Assembly (NCBI RefSeq): GCF_022539665.2
Contig: NC_081331.1
Coordinates: 4,092,001 to 4,156,000 of the forward strand
Source: Daphnia carinata
Taxonomy: Eukaryota
Direction: 5' to 3'
DNA length: 64,000 bases
Shown here: positions 52,001 to 64,000 of the stretch, one piece after another
Layout: each line of letters begins with the position of its first letter
Position numbering within the stretch: position 1 is the stretch's first letter
Program-made: the position numbers and the translations under genes
The notes under the pieces: generated by a model
What the model was told of the DNA's origin: nothing
Databases searched by the model: none
Seen by the model: only the letters and a program-made list of their open reading frames with translations

Positions 52001-53290
52001 GCTTTGGAGGGCGGTTCAATTGATTTTTTTTTTTTTTTTTTTTGTTTATTTTCTATTATAATTACCGCCCGTCATTGATGCAAAATGAGAGCGAAATGAA
52101 AAGTGATAAGGCTTTGATCATGAATCAACAAAGGGTCAGCAGAACGTGGGGAGCACTGGAGACAGCTACGTTTGATTTAAAAAAAAAAATAATAACAGAA
52201 AAAAAAATTCAATTTCAAGTGTGTTAAAAGTACCCCACAAAAAAAACTAGTATAGAAAATTATTATATGAAGACGGACGGAGTTATAGCAGTAGTTAAAA
52301 TCAAGGATAGTATATATAGTATTATTTATTGATATTATTATTTTGTTTAAGAAAGAGGGAGGCTTTTTCATAGAAAAAGTCGTTGGTGGTGAACGCGATT
52401 GGAGGAAAGGGAATCTGATAGATCTGTGTGTCTGTATGTCTCACTCTATTTTATGTACAACTTGTTGAATCTTTAACATTTTGCTCTTTTTTTTTTTTGT
52501 TTGTTTTTGTTTTTATTGTGAAATTAACTACATATATGGGACAGAAGATTTTCTTTTTCTTTCAAATCTGTTTGGCTGGTGGTTGTCTTTTCCGTTCGTG
52601 TTCTCATTTCTCCGTCATCGTGTCATATGAACATTCCTGTTCATCCTATTTACAAATTGTTATACATCTTACACGCATCATCACATAATTATGGAGGGTA
52701 TATTCGTTTCGCTTTTTTTTTTTTTTTTTCTAAAGAATTCTGCAATAGGGAAACGCGAGGGACAAAAAAAAAAAAAAATTTATGTAGGTTGTTTGCATAG
52801 GATTTGGATATACTGTAGTGGTTGGCTGGTGGTGGCAGTTCCTCTGCTTGGAACAATGTAGTTTGGGTTGACCGATCAGTCGAAAACGGCTTTTACAGGA
52901 GATAAATTGGATTTGAAAAAAGGAATTTTTTTTTTTTTTTTTTTTTTTTGGATTGGGGAAATCGACAAAATCATACATCATTGGGCATATTTAAATATAT
53001 AGACTCAACATTGCTGAGCAAAAAAAACGAACAAATAAAAAAAAAACCATTCAAACAAACTAAAAAAAAAAAAACGAAATTGGGAAACTTTAGTTTCTCC
53101 ATCTCTCTCTCTTTCTCCCGGTATATCATATGATGGCTGGGCTCTCTTCAACGTAAAAAAAAAAGAAAAAAGAAACGTCATAGAGTTAGGAGATTACATA
53201 AGAGAGAGTGGAGATGTGGCTGAGCAAAATGATGCCCAACAAAAAGATTGTGTGTGTTTTGGTTTTTGCACACCGTCAGGCGGCGGTCGT

Positions 53291-54174
53291 TCAGTTGAAG
53301 ACCAAGTGACTGGGCAGTACGACTCGTGCTATCCTGTACAACAATTTGGCGTACCAATGGATGCCCACTAACGTCGGAGGTTTGTTCTCATTGGTCGTCG
53401 ATCTAGCCTCAACATTTCTGACTGGGATGCTGCTGCCCGTGGCATCGACCGTCGTCCGGTCGTGATTCCACCAGCTGATGGCTCGCCAGAAGTGGACCAG
53501 ACTTTTGTGGACGTTGTTAAGGAGCCGGACCGGGGCGAAAGCCCAGTGGGCGATGACCTGATCGTCGATGACGGCGTAACAGGACACGACCACCTGGTCG
53601 ACGACCAACGTGCCTTCCTCGGTCAACGGAGCCAGAACGCCTCGCTGGGTCACGGCTGAAACTCCGACAACCCGTTGAGGGTTGGCTCGACCGTCAGGGC
53701 CGGTTGACACGATCCAGTCGCCAATTTGAACTTTGGAAGCGAACGTGGCCTTGAGTCGTGATCCGAAACGTTCCATCGTGGCGTTGGCCATCAGCTGGCC
53801 TAACAATCGATCTTCTTCTTCTGCGCTGCTGCTCTCGTCAGAGGTCAAACTGTTGGATTGCAATTGCTCGTTCATCAGATCGATGTCGACATCCTCCAGT
53901 AAGTCTTGGCTGGCCACTGTGTAGATCAAATGACTGGCCGTCATCGTAACCGTAGCGCCATCGGCCGATTGAAGTTGAACGAAATCACGTTCTTCGGTCA
54001 AATCGCGGTCGAGGAAGAGCAGAACGGGACTGAAGACCAAACGGCCTTGCGAGTCCATCGATTGAATTCGATCGCCAACTGAAAGTTCGGATAGCTTTCG
54101 GGTGCTGCCATCGTCGACGAGCACGGTCGATTCGGGTGGGAAACAGCCTCCGTGACGGGCAGCTTGCGACGATT
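53291..54174 (-). CDS. hh: Hedgehog exon 3 (autoprocessing Hint domain + sterol recognition region)
   Basis: ttacag|[14 protein letters not shown] (cleavage Cys codon 54143-54145), [60 protein letters not shown] at 53291-53293. Confidence 0.97.
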
Positions 54175-57100
54175 CTGTAAAAGAAAGGAAAACATGCGGT
54201 CATTAATGATGTCAACAATTTATGATCAATGTGCAATGTTGGCGTTCCTTTTTTGTTTGAAAACATTCTGAACTAGAACGAGGAATGTGAGGAAAGACAT
54301 AAGGTGTACACGAAATGGACGCACGAAAATGAAATAACTGTTGGAGGAACACCAAAAAACCATCATTCCTTAACTTGGGCGGTTTGGTTAGAGTCAAACG
54401 AAAACACAGAAACAAAAAGCGGAAAGAAATAGAAAGAAAAGGGATAAGGTAAAAGAAAAAAAAATAAATAAATAGAAGGTAATAACAGTTCGGCTTTGAT
54501 GCCCTTGTCTCGTCCAACTGTCGAATGCTTACGTGTAGATAACTACTACTTGTCGTTTCGTCCGTTTCTTTCGTTCCCCTCATTCCTCTTTTTTGTTTCT
54601 TCTCATCTAACCCAAAAAAAAAAAAGAAAAAAAAAGAAAAAAACCTTTCCTTTGGCTCTTACACGTACAGATGAACAGGCGCGAGCAGAGACTGTTGCCA
54701 TGGCTGCCCGGTGAAGCTTTCTTTCATCCTTTTTTTTTTTTTCCCCCTTTGCGCTTGTATTCCGTTTTAGTTATACCTATATCCATATATCTATCTGTAT
54801 ATTCTTCTATTTTTTTAGTGCTCATTAACTTTAGGCAGCCACTTTGTGTATGCGTGTGCCCCCTTTCCCATTTTTTTTTTTTGCGCTCTGGGCTGACCTC
54901 CCATTGGCTCTTACGATATTTTCGCCTTCCATATTCAATTCCTTTTGGTCCCTCTCTTTAGACACATCGCCAAGTAAAACATCCAAGGACAGCAGCTGGA
55001 TCTCCTTGGAACAATGTGGGACGGCAGACTGGGCAACAACGTTTGACTCCCAAGTTGACACTGGGAAATCTGTTAGTCAATTACAAGTTTTTAAGATAAA
55101 AGAGCCACCCCAAAAAAAAAAAAAAGAGAGACTATATCCATCTCGACCAGACGGAGAAAATCTTAGGGTGGGAAATGAAAATGTGTTTTAAAGAGAGAGA
55201 AAGAACGAGAGGTTGTTGGTGCTTATAAGAGACGACGGATGAGGAGGGGGGGGCTCCATAACCCGGACCTTTTTTTTTTGCCCTCCTCGTCCGCATTCCT
55301 TATATAATAAACATCGTTCTTCTTCTTTTTTTTTTTTTTTGCTTGCTTGCCTTTTTTTTCCTGTCTGTTTTCTACCTGAGCAGTTCTCACGCGCGCATCC
55401 AACACACACACACACACACACAAAAACCTATGGGTGCCACTTTTTTTCTTTTTGTTTCTGTCTACAACTGCGTCTGTTTTCTCCTTTCCGCAAGAAAGAG
55501 GGAGAGAGAGAGAAAATACCTAAAATTCACTTTGTGAAACATTACGTTGCCAATTTGTCGTCATGTTCTTTTCTCTCAAGCCCCCCACCCGACTGTTTCC
55601 ATTATCTTTTAGCTGCAAACTTTGCTGGTATTTTTCTTTTTTTTTTTTTGTTTTGTTGTTCACAAACTGCGATCCATCACCATCATTCGAGATTACCGAA
55701 AAGATGAGGGGGGCTCCGAAAGAAATTTCTTTTTTTTTTTTTGTTTTGTTTTAAAGAGTAAATAAATCATGGAAAGAATTCGGCTTCGAAAGAAAATTTG
55801 AATGACAGTAAAGCGTACACACGACGACATTTGGGTGGCGCATTGAATGCGCACGGGCACAAAAAAAAACGAAAATTGGCGGTGAAATATGTTTGCGGAG
55901 TTCCTCCATTTTTTTTTTTTGGTGTGTGTTTTGAAAAGGAAAAAAAAAAAAAAGGAGACGCACGTCAAATTTGAGACGCAGGAAAAATGGGCGACAAAAG
56001 GGCGACGTTGCGATTAATTGTTTTGTTCGCTCCTCAATTTCTTTTTCTTTTCTTTTTTTTTTCTTTGAGGAGAATGCGCAGGTGTGCCGAACGCCAATCG
56101 AGTGAAACGAAGAAGAAAACCTTTTGATGGCAAAAAATGTTGTGTCTCATCTTTTTTTTTTTTTTTTCAACATTTGAAAAGCATTCCATCAGTTCAACAT
56201 CTCGTTTCTCCTCATTCCGCCATCACAAAAATGAAAGGGAAAGCCACACACACAGAAAGTCACGCGCAGAGATCCGAATTTGACAAAAGCGCATCGCGAT
56301 TCTTTGCGAAACGATAAAAAAAAAAAAAAAAAAAAGGCTGGCAAAAGCAGCATCGGCTTGTCAATTGTGCGCAGGATTCTCTTTATTCTAGAGATGTTTC
56401 ACGGATATCATATAAAACACAATAGGAAGAAACATCCAAACACATTTTTTTTTTTTTTTTTTTTTTTTTTGCTACGAGCTTTTTGTTCTCGATTGGAAAG
56501 AACGAAAAATCTGTGCGTTCCGACAGATTGGGGGAGAAAAAAAAAAAAAAAAAGATAAAGCTGGCCAAGCGTGTCAAAAAGGCTGGACAAGAAAAAGGGG
56601 GGACGTTTTATTTTTCGAGCCGGAGCAAAGCGCCGCGCTCATCACCACGCACGATTTCCAATGTCACAACAATTTCATCTTCTTTTCTCGAATAACTCGC
56701 ATCACGTCAAAAGAACGTGTTTACACCCACCAACTATGTGGAGAGGGGGGGAGGAGGAGGAGGAAGGTCGGCTTCCTCTTCATACCTTTACAGGTAAAAT
56801 AGCAACGAAATTCTTATTATTATTTTTTTTTTTCAAATTTGATTTACGCGCTTTTATTATTACGATTATTTTTTTTTTCCTATCATAGCTCGGTGTTTTT
56901 CTTCTCCTCTTTTGGATATTCAATCGGATACACATTCATAGAGAGCTTTATAGGGCTGCCCCCCCTGCTTGATTCTATACAGCGGAAACCTATACGAAAA
57001 TAGAATTTTACCCTTGACGTGGCATAGAAAATGAATTTGTATTTTTTTTTTTCTCTTTCGTCACGGATCTCTTTTGATTCCTTCCTTGTCCAAGGATTTT

Positions 57101-60100
57101 TTTTTTTTTTTTTTTTTTTTGGTGCCGGCCGGGGGGAAGGAATAAGAAGACAAGAGATTATCAACGGGTGAGGACAAGATAGGCAATCAGTGAAACGGGC
57201 CAAGGGAAAGAAATAAAAGGGGGGAAAATGAAATAAGAAAAATCTATAGAACCTAGAAAAAAAAAAAAAGATAACCAAGAACAAGAATACAAAAGAAGAA
57301 GGAGGAGGTATGTTGTTGGTAAACCAATCGGAGAAGGAAAACTGTTCAGTTTTCATTCTGACTGACTTGAGTCTGAGCTGACGAAAGCGAAAAAAAAAAA
57401 AAAAAAGAAACGAGAAAAAGTAAAATGAAAAAAGAAAAAAAAAAAAAAAAAGAAATGGCCGCTGTTGACTGTGTGTTGGCAGTGCAGCTACTACCTTGGC
57501 TATCAATTCAAAGGCCCCCTTTTTTTTTCCCGCATATTTATGGTCGCAATCAAAAAAACAGAATAGAGAATTTATTCCCCCCCGCCCTGCCAAAGAAAGT
57601 CTTTCTTTTTTTTTTATTTAAACCACCCTACCACCTTTTCTTCGATGGCGTGCAGCAAATTTGCGGGGGAAGCTCTTCTTCTTCTTCTTCTTGTCTTTAC
57701 ATTTTATGTGCCGCAACTTGGGCGGCCGGCATAAATTAACAAGCGTGAACCGAACGCACGTCATGGCTCCCAGTTCTGCTCTTACTCTTTATCCCATTTC
57801 AGAATTTTTTTTTTAATGGAAAGAATAATTTTGCATGTCTCCAAAAGTGCGAATGAGCCGCTTTACCCCCATATTTTTATTTCTATCATTTTCTTTAGAG
57901 TTTTCATCACATCGGTGTCGTCACCGTTGAATGTCGTTATTATGACAGCGAGCGTTCAGTCAGTCTTAGTCAACGATGACGCAATTTTCGGACGCACGAA
58001 CCAAAAGGGCGAGGCAAGGTCAAAACGTGTCTCACTGCCGACAACTCTTTATTATTATTATTCTTTTTTAAATGGGTGTTAACGAGTTGGGAAATCTGTT
58101 TGAAGTTGAAAGACCATTTGAAAGTGGGAGAGACAACGGGACACGCCGCCCCGTCAACGAGTCAAAATGTCACCCCTCTTTCTTACTGCCTGAGAAATAG
58201 AAGAATTTCAACGAAAGACACCCATCTCTTTATTTGTGGTATAGTAGAAAAGGCCCTTCTTTTTTTTTTCTTTTTTTTTTGTACTCAAAAGAAAGAAAGA
58301 AAAAAGGGCCACACAGAAGTGAGAGGGACGTGTAGGCAGATAAGAGATCACATATATTGAATCCTTGCCTTCGTGTATAGGCTCTCTACAAAAAAAAAAT
58401 ATATATATACAGTATACCTTTAACAACGACTGGGCTGCTCGTACTCACCGGTGCTGTGTGAGAAAAGAGCGCGTCCAAGTGGTGAAAAGCGGCCGTTGAG
58501 TAAAAAAAAAAGAAAAAAGAAAAACCTTTTCTCTTCTCTAGTTCTCTAGAACATTTATTTGAATTCCCTGGTAGTGTCCACCATAGAGGGGCAAAAGATA
58601 TAAGCCCTGCTAGTTATACATACACACGCAGGTATGCGGTGCAAGTCAGTTGTAAGGGCAAAAGCAGCCGCTTCTTTTTTTTTTTTCAAAATAAAAAAGA
58701 GAGGCAAAGAAAAGACGAAAGACAAATCGGGTTCGGCGTCTAGAAGCTGCGCCAACACACACACACAAAAAAAACGAAGAGAGTTGCAGGACCCACATAT
58801 CCCGACAAGTGTTTCCTGCGGGGGCTTTTTTTTCTTCTTTCTATTATATATACACACACCAGTGTATATATAATAATGCTGAGCTGTTCGGTAGAGGCCA
58901 TAGCATAACTGAGCCACGCAAAAGAGAAAAAGAGTTTGAATAAGCTGACGCGTCAAGTCAAGTGAACGCGAGAAGAGCTCCTCTCACAGGTGACGGAACC
59001 CAATCAGTCAGAGTCACATGATACCTGTACGTTCGTATAGTATAGATATTCATAACGTTTTATTCTTTCTAAATACATCCCGTATGAGAAAAAAAAAATT
59101 ATGCGTTTTTTTTTTTTTTTTTTATTCAATTGTTAAACGAATATAGCAAAAGGGGGGAAACGAAATGATGTTTAGATTTCTTTTTCTTCTCAAATCGACG
59201 CTTTAGATTGATTTAATAACATTCCTCTGTTGTTGTTTTTCCTGCCTATCTGAAACGTTATGTCCCTTTCTTTTTTTTTTTTTCCCCCTTTGTGATTTTC
59301 TTTTTCTTTACTAGTTTTCATTTTAACAAAAAGAAAAGAATTAAAAATAAGATAAAATAAATCCCAGCGCAGCTTGTTGTTCGAGCCCTAGCTTGTTAAG
59401 CTGTGTTACACGCTCGAAGACTGGGAACTCTGGAGCCCCCCTCCCATTGGTATGCGGGTAGTTATGTGGGGAGAATAGGAGAAAAGAAGACGGCGCAGGT
59501 AAAACAGGTAACACGGCAAAAAAAAAAAAAAAAGAGCGGGGCGCCGGTTTTTTTTTTTTTTCAGAAAAAAAAAGGGAGAAGAAGATCTCCCTTAAAAAAA
59601 AAAAAAAAAAAAGGAAAAGAGAAAAAGAAAAAGAAGAGGGTGCCGGTTAAGTAGAAGAAGAGGCTCCATCAGGTTCCCTGCAGAGCGCGGCACCCATCAC
59701 CCCGCATGGCAATACACGGCCTCTTTTCTTCTTCTTTCCTTCTAACATCTATTACTACTTATGCTCTTTCTACGTTTCTTTTTTCTTCTCCTTTCTTGTC
59801 TTTTTGCTTTTCTTTCTTGTCGGCCCACAGGCCACAGTCAAAAAGTCGCCGGAACAACATCACCCCATTCGCCATGTCTACATGCACATACATATGGGAT
59901 AAATAAATGTAGACCCCATATCTAGAGAGACACACACATAAGAGATGAAAAAAAATAAAAAGATTTTCTTTTAAGGTTAAAGAGAAAAAATAAAAAAAAC
60001 GTCAACAACAACAACGAAGGCCTATTCAAGATGGCGATTCAACTAAGAAAACATGAAAAAGAAGAAAGCAGGTATAGATGAATGAGAAATGTTGAATGCT

Positions 60101-60195
60101 ATGTCCACCATGAAGGAGGGATAACATTCATCGAATTATTCAACGATTTCATTAATGTCACGCACGTTAGTGTGTCCAGACACCTGCGTTTAAAA

Positions 60196-60230
<35 letters not shown>

Positions 60231-60651
60231 AATTATTAAACACAGCAGACGTGAGTTGACACGAGTCTCATCACGAACGCGAATGTGTTCCAAGGGGAGT
60301 ATCGGGAAAACCCATTGGCCTGGAGCAAGACTTGTGGCCTCACGCTCATCTCTCACTTCACGAACACGACAGGGGTGGACGCTAAAAATTGCGTTTGCGT
60401 GACATCGTCTGTGATATGCTTCAATCATTACATCATTTAAAAGAAGAATCGTTTTTTTCTTTTCAAAAAGAAAAGTAGGTAGGCATTTCGTATTTTAAAA
60501 AGGCACTCTCTCTTTCGATGTAGATTCTTTGTAAAAAAAAAAAAAAAAAATCTGTTTGTTAAAAGAATGAAACTATTCATTGGCTCAAGTCCAAAAGAAA
60601 GAAGAAGAAGAATCCAGCAAAAAAATCAAAGATAAGTTGGATGGCTTCTCA

Positions 60652-60688
<37 letters not shown>

Positions 60689-62586
60689 AGCGGAATGTTT
60701 CACACACGCACCGTTAAATTCGAGAGCTGCTTCTTTCTTGGTCATCATCATCATCATCCCTGTGAATTCCTGAACTACTTTGCCTTGCCCTTCTGTTTTT
60801 TTTTCCCCCCTTATTATATACACAGCCCTCTTATATTAAATAATGATAAGCTATTTTTCTTCTAGCCAATGATCTGCTGGCTAAAGCTATACACAACCGG
60901 AGTTCAGTTATGTACCTTGTTGGGCTTTATTTTTTGTTGTTGTTCCTTCTTTTTTTCTTTCCTTGGATATCTCTGAAGTGGTCCCTTATATAAACGTCTG
61001 GCAGCCAATGAACGTCGAGCCTCAACCGACCGGCCCTAGAGCCGATATCTAACGATGTATCCTAGAAAATATACACACAGACACTCGTCTATAGCCTATA
61101 CGATGCCTTTAAGAAATGAAATACAAGAGAGCCCCGTTTGGCCTCGACTGTTGCCCAAGCCTCACGAAACTGTAGTTGCATTCCAACATTTACCAATCAC
61201 CTGCTGTCTTGTCTGTTCAACTGCTAGCCAATTGGAACGATAGCAAAATTAAAATCGTAATTCTAAAACATCATTTTGTTGTCAATGTTAGACAACGATG
61301 TTGGTTAACACGACGACTATTGGTGTCCATCAGCTTCGAAGATGACTTGGCGGGATTTTTTCAAAAAAAAAAAAAAAAAAAAAAAAAGAACTAACGCGCT
61401 TGGAGAGGCGATGACAATCGAAAGAGTTTGTACATGGTTAATATACGTGTGAACAGTCTGTTGCTCTCTCTTTGCCTTATTGCCCAAGTCTACCAAACAT
61501 AATCTTTTTTTTTTTCCTTTTGCCATCGGAACGCAGGGAAGCCAGTCAGAGCTGCTGGAGGGCGATTGGAAAATGGTTGCTCCTCTCTCTCTCTCTCTCC
61601 TTTCTTATTTATTTATTTATTTTTTGTTCGTAGGAAGAGAATTAAAATAAAAGAAATAGCTCCGGCTGAGGTCCAACGAACTGGCCCCCACAGACGCTCA
61701 AAGTAGGAGTTGTCCGAAGCTTCCCAAAGAGGAACAGAAAAAAAAACAAAAAAAAACAACTGGCGTTTTGGTTGGGGCATTTGAAAGAATGATGGCACTT
61801 CTATAAATAGAAATGAACGTAAAATCCCCTTCTCCCATCTTCTCGTGCTATCCCGAAAAACAAGAAAAAAAAAACAAACCAAACTCGAGTATAGTATTAG
61901 TCGTAGTAGCGCATTATAGAGTTTTCTCCTCTTCTTTTGTAAAAAGAAAAAGAAAAAGAAGAAGAAGAAGAAGAAGAAGAAGAATGGATTCAATAAAAAC
62001 GAGATACTAGTGAAAAAGAGAAAAGAAATAAAAAAAAAAAAGATTTCTGGAAAATGTTTTGCGGCCTCGACTTTGTGATTCGAGCGAGTATTTATAACAG
62101 AAGAAAAGGCCAGGGTCGAGACTATGTCAGAAGAAAAAGAAAAAAAAAAAAGAAACAACAAACACCTATCCATCAAGATGGATCCGGTTCGTTCGTCGTC
62201 TTTTTTCATTCGAACTGTTTCGGTTTGCAGGAGCTTTTGGGACGGTCTTTTTTCGGATGGCGCGCTAACATTTTGGTGCTATTTAGCGTGTCTTTACTGG
62301 CTTTGACAGTCATGCGTTTCTTACCTGATTTGACCGAAGCGTGAATGTGAGCTCGCGACTCGTAGTAGACCCAGTCGAATCCGGCCTCGACGGCCAGACG
62401 GGCCAACATGCCGTACTTGGAGCGGTCGCGATCCGACGTCGTGATGTCCACGCCTCGCCCTTCGTAGTGCAGCGAATTGGCCGCGTGTAGGCCTTCCTCG
62501 TCCCAGCCTTCCGTCACGCGCAGCTTGACGCCCGGCCACTGGTTCATCACTGAAATGGCCAGCGTGTTCAGCTTCTCCTTGCAGCG
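53291..62586 (-). CDS. hh: Hedgehog precursor, 3' part (exons 2-3; exon 1 is beyond position 64000)
   Basis: The signalling-domain exon and the Hint/sterol-recognition exon splice in frame across an ~8.15 kb intron ([14 protein letters not shown]^CF). Confidence 0.97.
62325..62586 (-). CDS. hh: Hedgehog exon 2 (Hh-N signalling domain, C-terminal half)
   Basis: tgtag|[87 protein letters not shown]|gtaaga. 262 nt, with intron positions as conserved in hedgehog genes. Confidence 0.97.
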
Positions 62587-64000
62587 CTACAAAGACACAC
62601 CCGAAAACAAAAAATTGATAATTAAATTTCGAGTCTTTATCTTTTTTTTTTTTTCAAACACATAAATATTATTATTATTTTTGTTTAGTTTTTTCGCGGG
62701 CAGTTTCACGTTTCCCGTAGGTCATGAACGACCTCGTCTCCCGATGTTGTTTTTCGTCTGTCTCTTTCACTCGCCCTCAAGAGATGTTGAGTGTTATGCA
62801 GGTGTTCTTTTTGCTCTTCACGAGGAAGATCGAACCACCTGTGGACTGTGGGCGCCGCTCTCCCACTTGAATGCTTCACGTTTTAGAATCAATTAAGAGC
62901 GGCAGCAGCAAGAAGGACGGCAACCAACACAATAAAGGGAACAAACGATTTTAACGGACAGTCAGCCCCCCGCATCATCATCATTTCCCAACACACCGTT
63001 TTAACAATTCAAAGAAGAAAAAGGTTATTATTCTTATCTCTTATCTCATTTTGTTTCTTTTTTTTTATATTTTAAATCTCCACTTTACAATTTAAAGAAA
63101 AAAAAAGGGGGGGGGGGATAAAAATTCGACGTCATCTCATTATGTTTTAATTAATAACAACCAGCGGCCCCTCGCACATATGTAAATACGCTATATATTT
63201 ACATAGGCCTATTCCTACTTTCTCTTTCTCATATATTTATTATCCGGATATGCGTATATATATATATATATGTATATTGATGTTATGACGGGGACGTTTG
63301 ATCTTTGTGTGGACTGTGTGTCACGATGCTATTAGTTAAAAACCACCGGCTAAGATCCTCCATCCAACTATGCCGCCCTTTTTTTCTTTTTCTCCTGAAT
63401 TTCTACCCACCAGTTCGTACAACACGCACACACACGTAGATACACACACACACACATACGGTGACGACCTCCCACCTTCCCATGTTTTGATTTCCCACGG
63501 TGTCTTTAAGTGTTTTTTTTTTCTCTTCCTACACTCGGCTCTCTCTCTCTCTCTTAGTAAAAAAGCCAGTCCGAGGAGGTAGGAGGAGTCACTAGAAGCA
63601 GAAGAACCGCGCGCGTGATTTGTCATCCCTTTTTTTTTTTTATTTGTCTCCCTTCACTTTTTTTTTTTTTTTTTTTTTTTTTTTGAAGAACTGTTAAACG
63701 AGTTTGACTTTAGCCATCCATTTGCTTGAACACACAACACACGGGGGTAGTAAAAGATGCGACCCTGTTTCTCCTTCTTCGACGCCGACATTTGTTCAAC
63801 CGTTTTTAGTCGACTTTATTCTTGTCTAAACACGTAGACGAAAAGAGAATAGAACATCTACACATCAGAGATAAACCGCACCACGAAGCCAACGTTTCGA
63901 GTGGGGGCGATGACAAGTGCCAAAAGCTCCGAGAATATATTTGTGTTCCAAAATGTCGGCAAGCGGCTCTTGAACTAAATATCCGAGTTAAAACACACAA

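Overview
Eukaryotic, intron-rich, AT- and homopolymer-rich DNA from an arthropod. Short 55-90 nt introns and arthropod-like flotillin and hedgehog sequences suggest a branchiopod such as Daphnia (inference). Three protein-coding genes can be built by hand. (1) A complete 11-exon flotillin-1 on the minus strand (33181-41845, 426 aa). (2) Head-to-head with it, an unnamed 4-exon plus-strand gene (42594-46084, about 960 aa) with an N-terminal four-TM MS4A/CD20-like block and a long disordered, poly-Pro tail. (3) Exons 2 and 3 of hedgehog on the minus strand (62325-62586, 53291-54174); exon 1 lies beyond the window. Bases 1 to ~22000 are a homopolymer-rich non-coding desert. The most unusual part is ~22700-29700, a homopolymer-poor island with nested mirror symmetry. 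From the outside in, it has CTCF-like motifs and hairpin repeats, then two decayed intron-containing paralogous genes converging tail-to-tail, then a near-identical ~600 bp inverted repeat that starts at both genes' stop codons, and finally a core of three outward-pointing tRNA-like (A box/B box) units. All alignments were made by eye, with no database searches.
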